This document shows, in pieces, positions 48,891 to 60,321 of a stretch of DNA of 64,000 bases. Positions within the stretch are counted from its first letter, which is position 1; each line of letters starts with the position of its first letter. The position numbers and the translations under genes were made by a program. The notes beneath the pieces are model-generated. The model was given only the letters and a program-made list of their open reading frames with translations, ran no database searches and was not told the DNA's origin. This stretch comes from Candidatus Dormiibacterota bacterium (GTDB lineage Bacteria; Chloroflexota; Dormibacteria; Aeolococcales; Aeolococcaceae): positions 9,321 through 73,320 of the forward strand of contig CAWHWM010000005.1 of NCBI GenBank assembly GCA_963833055.1, given 5' to 3'.

Positions 48891-49687
48891 TGCTGATCAC
48901 TCCGGTGCCGACTCCCGCACGCAGCCGTGTGGTGATCTCCTGCGCCAGCCCCGACACCTCGAAGGAGTTCGAGCTCGCGTGGCCGCTGGATCTCAACGTC
49001 CCAGATCTGCGCGACCCGGCCCGGACGGGGGGTCATCAGCACCACCCGATCGCCGAGGCGCACGGCCTCGCGAACATTGTGGGTCACGAAGATGATCGTC
49101 TTGCCCGTCTCCTGCCAGATCCGATTCAGGTCGTCATGGAGCTGATCCCGGGTGATGGCGTCGAGCGCCGCAAACGGCTCGTCCATGAGCAGCAGGTCGG
49201 AATCCTGGGCGAGCGCGCGAGCAAGCGCGCAGCGCTGGCGCATGCCGCCGGACAGCTGATGCGGACGGTGTTCGGCGAAGTCGATCAGTCCGACCATGGA
49301 GAGCAGCCGGTTCACGGTCAGATTGCGCTGATCCGCATCCACCTTGTGGATGCGCAACGGCAGCTCGACATTGCGCCTGACGGTCAGCCACGGGAGGAGC
49401 GCAGGCTCCTGGAACATCACCGCCGGCCTGCCGTCGGCGATCTCGATCGTTCCGGACGTGGGCTTGTCGAGCCCCGCGATCAGCGAAAGGAGGGTCGACT
49501 TGCCGCATCCCGACGCGCCGAGGATGCAGACGAACTCTCCCTTGCTCATCTCGAGGCTCACGTTGTCCAGGGCCGTCATCACGGACTTGCCGTGGCCGAA
49601 GACCTTCGTGACCCCATCCAGGGTCACGAAGGCGTCATCGGCCTCAAGCGTTACTACGGACGGTCGTGGCGCGAGCGCGAGGTTCAT
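48877..49687 (-). CDS. ABC transporter ATP-binding protein (NitT/TauT family), apparent frameshift near 48940
   Basis: Walker A GASGCGKST, signature LSGGMRQRCALARAL, Walker B LLLMDEPF; ORF frame runs on to 48692 as low-complexity read-through, while a -1 frame gives a natural end ...GVISNGTE* at 48877 overlapping the permease start. Confidence 0.8.
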
Positions 49688-50802
49688 CAGCCAAGCGATC
49701 CGGCGCTGACGGTCGGATCACCCGCCGCGGAAAGGACCGCGTTGAGCGGACCGAGATCAAGGATGCCCTTGATGCTCGCCGAGCTGTTGAATCCAAGCTT
49801 CTGCGCGTTGTTCGCATCGGTCTGCAGATCCGCGGCGAGCGGGTCGAGCAGGAAGCTGAGGTGGGTCCACGCAAGTGCGAGCACGTTGGCCTTGAGTGGC
49901 TTGCCGCCGGTTGCCGACGCAAGTGCGGTGTTGACCGCCGCCGGGGCGGCCAACTCGTTGGAGTTGATCCAGTTCACCGACTTGACGAGCCCCTTGAGGA
50001 GGTCGGTGACGATGTCGGGATGGTTCTGCAGCAGGTTCTGCGTCACGACGAGCACGGTGGTCGGGAACTGTCCGTTCGGCCAGAGCGAGGCCTCGTCGAC
50101 CGCAAGCGTGCCTTTGCCCTGGAGGATGAACTCGGACTCGTAGGGCTCAGGAACCCAGCCACCGGCGATCTTGCCGGCTTCGAAGTTCTGGAGGCTGACC
50201 GAGTTCCCCGAGCTGGTGTCGATGTTCACCTGGCCGCCGCCGTTGACGCTGGTGGTCAGCCCCTTGGACTGGAGCCACGTGCGAAGCGAGATGTCCTGGG
50301 TGTTGCCGAGCGACGGCGTGGACAGGGTCTGGCCGGCAAGGTCCGCGGGGAAGTTGCCGTCGGCGATCTTGGAGCTGACGACGAGACCGGCTCCGCCCGA
50401 GGCTGCGCCCGCGACGATCACCACTTTGCCCTTGGTCTTCAGGAATGCGCTGATCGCCGGTCCGGGACCGACGAACGCGGCGTCAAGCGTGCCGCCGAGG
50501 AGCGCCTCGCTCTCGAGCGTGCCCGTGCTGAACGTGGTCGTCTTGACGGTGGTGCTCTTGGGCATCGCACCCTGGAAGAAGCCCTGCGAGACGCCGATGA
50601 GCGCCGGGGCGTGCGTCAGGTTGACGAGATACCCGAGGTTGACGGTGGACGGATCCGGCTGCGGTTTGTTGGTTGCGCCGGGACCGCTGGTGGAGCCGCA
50701 CGCGCCCACAACGACAGCGGTGGCCATGAGCGCAACGGAAGTCGCTGCGCGCCGGGTGACCCGGCGCGGCGCCGAGTTTCGTAGAAGTGTTTCCCCAAAC
50801 AT
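49687..50802 (-). CDS. ABC transporter substrate-binding protein (NMT1/SsuA-like) with lipoprotein signal
   Basis: ATG 50802 with GGGAG upstream; signal and lipobox ATAVVVGACGS; TGATG overlap with the ATPase gene. Confidence 0.85.
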   Translation of the reverse strand: MFGETLLRNSAPRRVTRRAATSVALMATAVVVGACGSTSGPGATNKPQPDPSTVNLGYLVNLTHAPALIGVSQGFFQGAMPKSTTVKTTTFSTGTLESEALLGGTLDAAFVGPGPAISAFLKTKGKVVIVAGAASGGAGLVVSSKIADGNFPADLAGQTLSTPSLGNTQDISLRTWLQSKGLTTSVNGGGQVNIDTSSGNSVSLQNFEAGKIAGGWVPEPYESEFILQGKGTLAVDEASLWPNGQFPTTVLVVTQNLLQNHPDIVTDLLKGLVKSVNWINSNELAAPAAVNTALASATGGKPLKANVLALAWTHLSFLLDPLAADLQTDANNAQKLGFNSSASIKGILDLGPLNAVLSAAGDPTVSAGSLG

Positions 50803-51200
50803 GAAATGTGTCTCCCCTTTACCGATTTCTCTTCCTGAGGCCCCCTCTCGATTCGATCGGCCTCGTTGATTCAAATACGTATGCCCTGCGGCGTTCCCGA
50901 TGAGTCTCCGTCCGTTTACTACCATTAAGCAATGAGCTTGCTTCGAACGGAATCATCCCCCTATGTGATGGTTTGTTCTGCCTCGATGACAGCCTCGCGG
51001 ACGCGTGACGATGCGTCGCGAAACGACCCCCGATTGACTGGCTCCGTCAGCCACCTCCCCCTGCTCTGGTGCGATTGCTCCATTTTGCAAGGGGCGCCAG
51101 ATGTGGCGTCAATGAGGATCAGTCAATGATTACGATCTCTTTGTACGATGGATCCTCGAGCCGGCGCCTGGTCCGAATTGGAAGGTCGGTCGCCCGGCGA

Positions 51201-52404
51201 TCAGCCTTCGAGGAGGCGCGCGCAACGGAGCGCGAGCCAGAGCTGATGGCGCTGCTCCGGGATCGTCGGCGTCGATGCCGAGCTGGCGGAGCCGGCCGAC
51301 GCGATACACCACGGTGTGGCGGTGCACACCCAGGCGCTCGGCGGCGTCGCCGATGCTGCGGCTGTCGAGCAGGGCCTCGAGAGTCGCGACCAGCTCGAGC
51401 CGGCGGTTCGGCGTGCCCACGGCGAGCGGTCCGAGCACACGGTCGGTGAAGGTTCGCATCGCCTCGTGGTCGTCGGCAAGCGCGGCGAAGACGCCGACCT
51501 CCGCATCGGTGTGCACCGTGCGATCCGGATAGAGCATGCGGCCGACATCGAGGGCACGACGCGCCTGCTGCGCTGACGGCGCCACCGCGTCGAGCGTCGT
51601 CGCGACGGGACCGACGCCGAAGGTCACAGGGCCGACGGCACCGCACAGCTTCGCCAGGTCCTTCCCCTCGGGCACGAGCGCGATCCAGAGACCGGGGTCG
51701 TCACCGATGAGATGACACCCCTCGGCGCGCCAGGTCTCCTCGAGCAGGCGTTCCGCCTCGAGCGTCGGCGCCGAGCACGCCACCACCGTGTATGGCGGCA
51801 GCAGCGTCAGCTCCGCCGAGGCAGCGATGCGACGCAGCTCGGCCGAGGCATCACCGGCGAGCAGGCGCTGCAGGATGCGGTCGCGGTCTCGATCGCGCTG
51901 CCGGAGCAGGCGCTCCCGCGTCTCCAGGTAGGCGCCCCCGACCGCAGCGCTGATCTCGTCGAAGTACTCGAGGACGGTGCTCGTGAGCCCGATCACAACG
52001 CTCGGCGGCACGTCGTTGAGAACCGCCGGCTGGCCGATGACCTCGTCCCACAAGACGCGGGCGGCGAGGCGATAGGCGCCGAACACCAACTCCAGCGGCA
52101 CCTCGAGCTCGGCCTGCTGCGCGCCCATCGATCCAAGCCGCTCCAGGTCGCCCGCACGGAGCCCGCGTCCGTCGCGGAGCAGGCGCACGAAGGTGCGCAG
52201 CGCATCGCGGCAGGCGGCGGTGACCGTGCGGAAGTATCCGAGCGTGCGGAAGCGGCTCTCCGGCAGGGAGATGCCCGAGACGATGTGGCGGGTCATCCGC
52301 CGCGCGATCACGTCCACCTCCGAGAGCAGGCGGACGGTCACTTCGGGCGGGAGGGTGGCCACAACGGACAACCTGAGGTCGGGTGCCTTGGTCAATTGGG
52401 CCAT
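51201..52404 (-). CDS. PucR/CdaR-family transcriptional regulator, apparent C-terminal frameshift near 51270
   Basis: ATG at 52404; C-terminal PucR HTH IGDAAERLGVHRHTVVYRVGRLRQLGIDADDP, then the conserved tail EQRHQLWLALR continues in another frame (ORF 51201-51557). Confidence 0.75.
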
Positions 52405-52478
52405 ATTGTCCCTTATGTACAAATCTCGGCCTGTACGCCGGATGACATTGCCCACGCTTTGTGTCCGGCGAAGAAAGT

Positions 52479-53306
52479 ATGCTGGTTCCAATGCTCTACG
52501 ACGACATGTTCATTCGACTTGAGCGCGCCCGCTGGACGCTCAGCACCGACATCCCCTTCGACGACATCGATCCGAGCCTCCTGAGCCCTCAGTGGATCAG
52601 CGACCTCCGGAACATCTGCCTGACGGAGCTGTCTGCGCTCTATGCCACGGAGATGTTCATCCGTGACTTCTACACGGACATCGATTTCTGCAGCTTCATC
52701 TCGATCTGGTTCTACGAGGAGATGAAGCACCACCTCACGCTCCGCAAGTACCTGGAGCGCTGCGGTGAGACGTTCGACGAATCCAAGCTCCCGGAGCTGC
52801 GCCTGACGTTCGCGCCGGGACCGGCGATCGAGACCCTCACCATGCATTTCTGCGGCGAGCAGCGTCTCGCCCACTGGTACACCGCGTTCAGCGAGCAGGG
52901 ACCCGAGCCGGTGATGCGCAAGATCTTCAAGATCCTTGCCGCGGACGAGCTGCGCCACGCGGCGTGCTACGCGAAGTACCTGCGCCGCGCCGTCGCCAAC
53001 AAGCCCGAGGTGCTCCCGGACATCCTCAAGATGTCGCTCTGGATGATGCGCAGCACCAACGACGCGCCCAAGCATCCCACCACGATCACCGAGCCCTCGG
53101 TGGTCTCGCAGCTCGAGGATCCGGAATACATCTCGCGGATGCTCAACTGGTACCTGCCGGGCCGCGACCACGAGGCTCCTGTGCAGCGTCGCATCCTCGC
53201 GCTGCTCTCCGAGTTGAGCGGGGTCGAGATCAAGAACCTGCGCGAGATCCCGCCGCTCGTCCGCAAGCTGTCGGCAACCAAGCAGCTCTCGCCTGCCGCT
53301 GCCTGA
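52479..53306 (+). CDS. ferritin-like diiron-carboxylate protein (unassigned subfamily)
   Basis: Two ExxH motifs in helical context (WFYEEMKHH and LAADELRHA) about 90 aa apart, plus additional Glu candidates; start ATG 52479 or GTG 52461. Confidence 0.55.
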   Translation: MLVPMLYDDMFIRLERARWTLSTDIPFDDIDPSLLSPQWISDLRNICLTELSALYATEMFIRDFYTDIDFCSFISIWFYEEMKHHLTLRKYLERCGETFDESKLPELRLTFAPGPAIETLTMHFCGEQRLAHWYTAFSEQGPEPVMRKIFKILAADELRHAACYAKYLRRAVANKPEVLPDILKMSLWMMRSTNDAPKHPTTITEPSVVSQLEDPEYISRMLNWYLPGRDHEAPVQRRILALLSELSGVEIKNLREIPPLVRKLSATKQLSPAAA

Positions 53307-53343
53307 GGAGCGCTGAAGGCGCCGCACCTATAATCGGGCGGCC

Positions 53344-53629
53344 ATGGGTGCAGAGGTGGTGCGTTTGCGTGCGGTCGTCCACGGACGGGTGCAGATGGTT
53401 GGCTTTCGCGCCTTTGTGATGCGCCACGCAGGCGACGCCGGCCTGGCCGGCACCGTGCGAAACGAGCCCGACGGAACCGTTGAGACCGTGCTCGAAGGCC
53501 CACGCCCCGAAGTGGAGCGGATGCTGGAGCTCCTGCAAAGAAGGACCGAGTCACGCGCGCGTCGAACGCGTCGACGTCGAGTACAGCGCGCCGACCGGCA
53601 CCCTTCCCGCCATGATGGTGGCGTCATGA
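53344..53629 (+). CDS. acyP: acylphosphatase (apparent +/-1 frameshift near 53540 at an A-run)
   Basis: VHGRVQMVGFRAFV and AGTVRNEPDGTVE motifs; the natural C-terminus (GPSHARVERVDVEYSAPTGTLPAMMVAS*) appears after a 1-nt shift at caaagaagg, ending TGA 53627-53629 (ATGA overlap with next gene); without the shift the ORF reads through into the aminotransferase. Confidence 0.7.
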
Positions 53630-54811
53630 CCATTCGCTTCGCCGACCGCCTGAACCGCCTCGGGACCGAGAGCGCCTTCGAGGTGCTCGCCCACGCGCGC
53701 CTGCTCGAGGCCGAGGGACGGAGCATCGTCCATCTCGAGATCGGCGAACCAGATTTCGCCACTCCTGACAACATCATCGACGCCGCGGTTCGCGCGATGC
53801 GCGACGGGGCAACCCACTACACGGCCGCAAGCGGCATCCGCGAGGTCCGCGAGAAGACCGCCGCCTACGTGACGCGGCACACCGGCGTGCCCACGGCCTT
53901 CGAGAACATCGTGCTGACCCCGGGCTCGAAGAACCTCCTGCTGTTCGCGCTGCTCTCACTCGTCGAGGAGGGCGACGAGGTCATCGTTCCCGATCCCGGG
54001 TATCCGATCTATCGATCACTGGTCGAGTTCATCGGCGCCAAGGCGGTCTCGCTGCCGCTGCGCCAGGAGAACGACTTCCGCGCCGACGTCGATGAGCTCG
54101 CCAGGCTCATCACGCCGCGCACGCGGATGCTGGTGGTCAACTCGCCGCAGAACCCGACGGGCGGCATCCTCACCAGGGATGACTGCGAGAGGATCGCGGC
54201 GCTCGCGATCGAGCACGACCTCATCGTCCTGAGCGACGAGATCTACAACCGCCTCAGCTACGACGGCGACCCACGTCTCCCTCTACGGCATCGACGGGAT
54301 GGCCGAACGCACCATCTACATGGACGGGCTCTCCAAGGCGTGGGCGATGTGCGGCTGGCGTCTGGGCTTCGGTGCGATGCCGGTCGAGATCGCGAAGAAG
54401 ATGGACACGCTGATGATCAACAGCTCGTCGTGCGCCGCGGCATTCACGCAGTGGGCGGCCGTTGAGGCATTCGACTCTCCCGAGTCGGACGCGTCGGTGA
54501 CGCGCATGGTGGCCGAGTTCAGCCACCGCCGCAACCGCATCGTCGATCTCCTGAACGCCATCCCCGGGTTCGACTGCCGCCGCCCGGCCGGTGCGTTCTA
54601 TGTCTTCCCCGACATCACGGCGACCGGCTTCGGCGATCGCGAGCTCGCAGGCTCGCTGCTCGACGAGGTGGGGGTCGCGGTGCTCCCCGGCCAGTCGTTC
54701 GGACCCGAGGGCAAGGGCCACATCCGCCTCAGCTACGCGGCATCCATCGACAAGATCGAGGAGGCCACGCGACGGATCGCGCAGTACATCGGCTCGGCGG
54801 TCCCCGGATGA
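53626..54811 (+). CDS. class I/II PLP aminotransferase (aspartate/aromatic aminotransferase-like), apparent frameshift near 54275
   Basis: VHLEIGEPDF, TPGSKN, NSPQNPTGG in frame 0; SKAWAMCGWRLG (Lys) onward in ORF 54299-54811. Confidence 0.8.
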
Positions 54812-54832
54812 CACCTCCATGGCGTCCTTGCG

Positions 54833-56293
54833 ATGAACGAGCCGGTTCCCGGTCTCGAGGAGACGCGGCGCCGTCTCGCTGACCACGACGTCGTGGCGGT
54901 GGTCCTGGAGCTCCCGATCGGCGACGTCACGCCCGTCGGCGCGATGCGCGCGCTCGGGACCGACGCGAGCTGCTTCCTGCTGGAGTTGGTCGAAGGCAGC
55001 GGTGCGATCGCTCGCTGGTCGATGCTGGGGCACCGTCCATCGCGCGTCATCAGTGACTCCGGCGATGGCGACGATCCGCTCGGGATCCTCGATCGCGACG
55101 TGGCATCGCTCGCCGCCGCGTGTGCGCCAGGGATGGGCGCGCCGTTGCTCGGCGGCGCCGTCGGCTTTCTCACCTACGACGCTGCGCGCCGTTATGAGCG
55201 GCTGCCATCGCCTGCGAACGACCCGCTTGGCCTGCCATCCCAGTGGTTCGCGATCTTTGACACCGTGGCGGTCTTCGACCACGCACCGCATCGTTTGCTG
55301 CTCTCCAGCTGCGTGCATCGCGGCGATGCTGCGGGGATCGACGCCGCGTACGAACGGGCGATCACGCGGATCGAGACCTTGCGCGCCGCTCTGCTCGCGG
55401 CGCCACCGGCGCCGACGCCACAGCTTGCCGGCACGCCCGTGGACGTCGGAGCGCATGACCACGAGGCCAATCTCTCGAGGACCGAGTTTCAGGACCGCGT
55501 GCGTCGCGCGCTCGACTACATCGCCGCGGGCGATATCTTCCAGGTCCAGATCTCGCGGCGATTCGCGCTGCCGCTGCAGGCGGATCCGTTCGATGTCTAC
55601 ATCGCGCTCCGCGCCATCAACCCGAGCCCGTACATGATCTACATCGCCACGCCGGACTGCACGCTGGTGGGGGCATCACCGGAGATGCTCGTGCAGGTCA
55701 CGGGGCAGATCGTCCGGTACCACCCGATCGCCGGGACGCGCCGGCGGGGCCGCACACCCGAGGATGACGAGCGGATGGAGCGCGAGCTCCGCGCCAGCGA
55801 CAAGGAGGCTGCGGAGCACCTCATGCTCATCGACCTCGGCCGCAACGATCTCGGCAGGGTCTGCGCCACCGGCAGCGTGCGCGTCACCCAGCACATGGAG
55901 GTCGAGCGCTACTCGCACGTCATGCACCTCGTGAGCAGCATCGAGGGGACGCTCGATGACACGTGCGACTCGCTCGATGCGCTGCGCTCCTGCTTTCCCG
56001 CCGGAACCGTGACCGGGGCGCCCAAGATCCGTGCCATGGAGATCATCGCCGAGCTGGAACCCGAGGTTCGCGGGCCGTACGCGGGCGCGATCGGCTATGT
56101 GGGGTACGGCGGTGACCTGGACACAGCGATAGCGCTTCGCACCATCGTCATCCGGGACGGAACCGCGTATGTGCAGGCCGCGGCTGGCATCGTGGCCGAC
56201 TCGGTGGTGGCGGAGGAGACCGTGGAGATCGACAACAAGGTCGCCGCTCAGATCCTTGCGGTGGAGGAGGCGAACGCGTGGGCTCGGGGCTGA
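54833..56293 (+). CDS. trpE: anthranilate synthase component I
   Basis: LLESxEG-type region (LLELVEGSG), chorismate-binding motifs IAGTRRRG, GAPKIRAMEIIAELE, GAIGYVGYGGDLD. Confidence 0.9.
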   Translation: MNEPVPGLEETRRRLADHDVVAVVLELPIGDVTPVGAMRALGTDASCFLLELVEGSGAIARWSMLGHRPSRVISDSGDGDDPLGILDRDVASLAAACAPGMGAPLLGGAVGFLTYDAARRYERLPSPANDPLGLPSQWFAIFDTVAVFDHAPHRLLLSSCVHRGDAAGIDAAYERAITRIETLRAALLAAPPAPTPQLAGTPVDVGAHDHEANLSRTEFQDRVRRALDYIAAGDIFQVQISRRFALPLQADPFDVYIALRAINPSPYMIYIATPDCTLVGASPEMLVQVTGQIVRYHPIAGTRRRGRTPEDDERMERELRASDKEAAEHLMLIDLGRNDLGRVCATGSVRVTQHMEVERYSHVMHLVSSIEGTLDDTCDSLDALRSCFPAGTVTGAPKIRAMEIIAELEPEVRGPYAGAIGYVGYGGDLDTAIALRTIVIRDGTAYVQAAAGIVADSVVAEETVEIDNKVAAQILAVEEANAWARG

Positions 56294-56892
56294 GTGGTCA
56301 GGTGCTCGTCATCGACAACTACGACTCGTTCACCTTCAACCTCGTGCAGTACCTGCGCGAGCTCGGTGCGACGGTGGCCGTCGAACGCAACGACGCGCTG
56401 TCCGTCGCCGACGTCGCGGACGCACAACCCTCCGCCATCGTCATGTCGCCGGGACCGCGAGTCCCGGAGGAGGCGGGCATCTGCGTCGACCTCGTTCGCG
56501 AGCTTGGTGACGCCATCCCGATGCTCGGCGTCTGCCTCGGTCATCAGGCGATCGGCGTCGCGTACGGCGCCCAGGTCGTCCGAGCACCGGCAGTGGTCCA
56601 CGGCAAGGTGGGTGCTGTGCACCACGCCGGCGCAGGCGTGCTTCGCGGCCTCGAAGATCCGTTCATGGCCACTCGCTACCACTCACTGGTCGTCGCGGTT
56701 GCGGGACTGCCCGACGTGCTCGAGGCGACTGCGTGGAGCGACGATGGCCTGATCATGGCCATGCGCCACCGTGCCTTCCCGGTGGAGGGCGTCCAGTTCC
56801 ATCCCGAGTTGATCGGCACGCCGGTGGGACATGCGCTGTTGCGCAACTTCCTGGAGACCGCGGGCGTCAGCGCCGGCGCGGTGCTCGCGTGA
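56278..56892 (+). CDS. trpG: anthranilate synthase component II (glutamine amidotransferase)
   Basis: VIDNYDSFT, catalytic GVCLGHQ, HPE; start GTG 56278 (16-nt overlap with trpE) or GTG 56302. Confidence 0.9.
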   Translation: MGSGLSGQVLVIDNYDSFTFNLVQYLRELGATVAVERNDALSVADVADAQPSAIVMSPGPRVPEEAGICVDLVRELGDAIPMLGVCLGHQAIGVAYGAQVVRAPAVVHGKVGAVHHAGAGVLRGLEDPFMATRYHSLVVAVAGLPDVLEATAWSDDGLIMAMRHRAFPVEGVQFHPELIGTPVGHALLRNFLETAGVSAGAVLA

Positions 56893-57687
56893 GCAGAGCA
56901 GGCGGCACGCTCGACGCCATCGCGCTTCGCAAACGTGCCGAGGTCGAACAGCTTCGCTGCGCCGAGGCAGCGCTCTGGGCGAAAGCCGAGTCGCTGACTC
57001 CTGCGCGGGAGATCGGACCCGCGTTGCGCGGCGGCACGATCATCGCGGAGATGAAGCGCCGCTCACCGAGCGGCGGGACTCTTCGCCCCGAGCTCGACCC
57101 GCTCGCCATCGCGCGCGACTACGCCGGTTGTGGCGTCGCCGCGATCTCGGTCCTGACCGATGGACCCGACTTCGGCGGCTCGCTGGACGACCTCGCCGCC
57201 GTCCGCAGGGTGGTGGACATTCCCTTGCTGCGCAAGGACTTCACGCTCGACCCCGTGCAGATCGCCGAGGCGCGCGTGGCAGGTGCGGACTGGGTGCTCC
57301 TCATCGTCGCGATCCTCGACCAGGACGCGCTCGACAGCTGCCTCGCGGGGGCTGCGCGAAGCGGAGCGCATGCAATCGTCGAGGTGCACGACGTCGATGA
57401 GGCGGCGCGTGGCCGTCGCAGCCGGCGCCACGTGCATCGGCATCAACAACCGCAACCTCGATACGCTCGTGACCGACATCGAGACGTTCGCTCGCGTGCG
57501 CCGTGTGATCCCCGACGGCGTCATCTGCATCGCCGAGTCGGGCGTGCGCAGTCCCGAGGATGTCGCGCGCCTGGTCGGCGAGGGAGCGGATTCCGTCTTG
57601 ATCGGCGAGGCGCTGATGCGTGCCGCATCGCCGGCCGCCGCCTGCACCGCGATGGTGTCTGCCGCGCGCGGCGCCGCACGCTCGTGA
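56889..57687 (+). CDS. trpC: indole-3-glycerol phosphate synthase, apparent frameshift near 57395
   Basis: GTGA overlap with trpG; IAEMKRRSPS, LRKDF in frame 0; C-terminal GINNRNLDTL...ICIAESGV ends TGA 57685-57687 in ORF 57160-57687. Confidence 0.8.
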
Positions 57688-58325
57688 TCGTCAAGGTGTG
57701 CGGCGTGCGGACGCCCGAGGTGGCCGAGGCTGCGCTCGATGCCGGCGCCGACTGGATCGGCCTGATGCTCGTGCCGAAGAGCTCTCGGTGGGTGGACGAC
57801 GATGCGGCTCGTGCAGTTGCGCGAACGGTCGCAGATCGCGCCGACCTGATCGGCGTGTTCGTCGAGCCCACCGCCGCCGAGTGCGACGACGCAGCCTCGC
57901 GGTATGGCCTCGCCGGAGTCCAGGTGCACGGAAACATCAACCACAGCCTCATGATGGCGTGCTCCGTTCCCGTCATCCCTGTCATCAACGTGCAGGATCG
58001 CCGGCATGCCAACACCATCGACTGGCCGCCCGACACGCTCCTGATGCTCGACGGGATGCCCGACCGTGGGGCATTGCCCGGAGGCACCGGACACCGCGTC
58101 CCGCTCGAGTGGGCCGCCGATGTCGCGCGTCATCGCGAGATCGTCCTCGCGGGCGGGCTCGGTCCCGATGACGTGGCCGAGGCAATCGCCGCCGTGCGTC
58201 CAGCGGGTGTCGACGCGTCGAGCCGCCTGGAACTGCGCCCGGGAGAGAAGGATCCGGAGCTCGTCCGGCGTTTCGTGCTCGCCGCCCGGGATGCCGCCGC
58301 ACGCGTCAGGATCGATCCGCGGTGA
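57684..58325 (+). CDS. trpF: N-(5'-phosphoribosyl)anthranilate isomerase (stand-alone TrpF)
   Basis: GTGA overlap with the trpC stop; [25 protein letters not shown]. Confidence 0.8.
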   Translation: MIVKVCGVRTPEVAEAALDAGADWIGLMLVPKSSRWVDDDAARAVARTVADRADLIGVFVEPTAAECDDAASRYGLAGVQVHGNINHSLMMACSVPVIPVINVQDRRHANTIDWPPDTLLMLDGMPDRGALPGGTGHRVPLEWAADVARHREIVLAGGLGPDDVAEAIAAVRPAGVDASSRLELRPGEKDPELVRRFVLAARDAAARVRIDPR

Positions 58326-59497
58326 GCGTGCACGCGACGGGGCGTTTCGACGGGTATGGCGGCGCCTACGTGCCGGAGACACTGGTGCCTGCACTGGAGG
58401 AGCTCGAGGCTGCGATGGCGGAGGCGTTCGCCGACGAAGCGTTCACCGCCGAGCTCCGCCGCTGGCTCGCGGAATTCGCGGGCCGGCCGACTCCGATCAC
58501 GCACGCACGCCGCCTCACCGCCGCGCGGTCCGGCGCGCAGATCTGGCTCAAGCGCGAGGACCTGCTGCACACGGGCGCGCACAAGCTGAACAACGCGCTC
58601 GGCCAGGTGCTGCTCGCGCAGCGCATGGGCAAGCGGCGGATCATCGCGGAGACAGGAGCGGGCCAGCATGGTGTTGCCACCGCGACCGCTTGCGCGGCAC
58701 TCGGCCTCGGATGCCTCGTGTACATGGGGCGTGAGGACATGCGCCGCCAGTCGCTCAACGTCTACAAGATGGGGCTGCTCGGCGCCGAGGTCGTCCCTGT
58801 CGACAGCGGTTCCGCGACGCTCAAGGACGCGACCAACGAAGCGATCCGGGACTGGGTGGCGCACGTGCGCGACACCCACTACGTCATCGGCAGTGCGGTC
58901 GGCCCGCATCCCTACCCGTCGCTTGTCCGCCGGCTGCAGCGCGTGATCGGCGACGAGGCGCGCGAGCAGATGCTGGCCACTACCGGGCGTCTGCCAGCGG
59001 TCGTCGTTGCATGCGTGGGTGGCGGCAGCAACGCCATCGGCATGTTCGCGGCGTTCCTCGAGGATGACGTCCAGCTGATCGGTGTCGAAGCTGCAGGCCG
59101 CGGCCTCGACTCGGGCGAGCACGCGGCGCCGCTGTCACGAGGCCGCCCCGGGGTGCTGCACGGTTCGCTCAGCTACCTCATGCAGGACACCGGCGGTCAG
59201 GTGCTCGCTACCCATTCGATCAGCGCCGGCCTCGACTATCCAGGTGTCGGGCCCGAGCACAGCGCGCTTCGCGACAGCGGTCGCGTCGTGTACCGCGCGG
59301 CGACCGATACCGAGGCGCTGGCTGCGTTTCACGAGCTGTGCCTGCTCGAAGGCATCATCCCCGCGCTCGAGTCGTCGCACGCTGTCCACATCGCTGCCGA
59401 GAGTCGCCCGCGACATGACGTCTGACGACGTGGTCCTCGTCTGCCTCAGCGGGCGCGGTGACAAGGACATCGATACCGTGCGCGAGTACGACGCCCG

Positions 59498-59501
<4 letters not shown>
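58322..59501 (+). CDS. trpB: tryptophan synthase beta chain, apparent frameshift near 59395
   Basis: GTGA overlap with trpF; [13 protein letters not shown] (PLP Lys), [15 protein letters not shown]; conserved C-terminus [19 protein letters not shown] in ORF 59082-59501. Confidence 0.85.

Positions 59502-60317
<816 letters not shown>

Positions 60318-60321
<4 letters not shown>

Noticed and set aside
50803-51200. TPP (thiamine) riboswitch upstream of the NitT/TauT ABC operon
   Set aside because: I reverse-complemented the leader and searched for the conserved CUGAGA and ACCUGAUCUGG...GCGUAGGGAA elements and found neither. It is kept only as an unexplained long leader.
53344-54465. Acylphosphatase-aminotransferase fusion protein
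   Set aside because: The fusion arises only because a 1-nt shift near 53540 removes the acylphosphatase stop. In the corrected frame acyP ends with TGA at 53627-53629, overlapping the aminotransferase ATG (ATGA).
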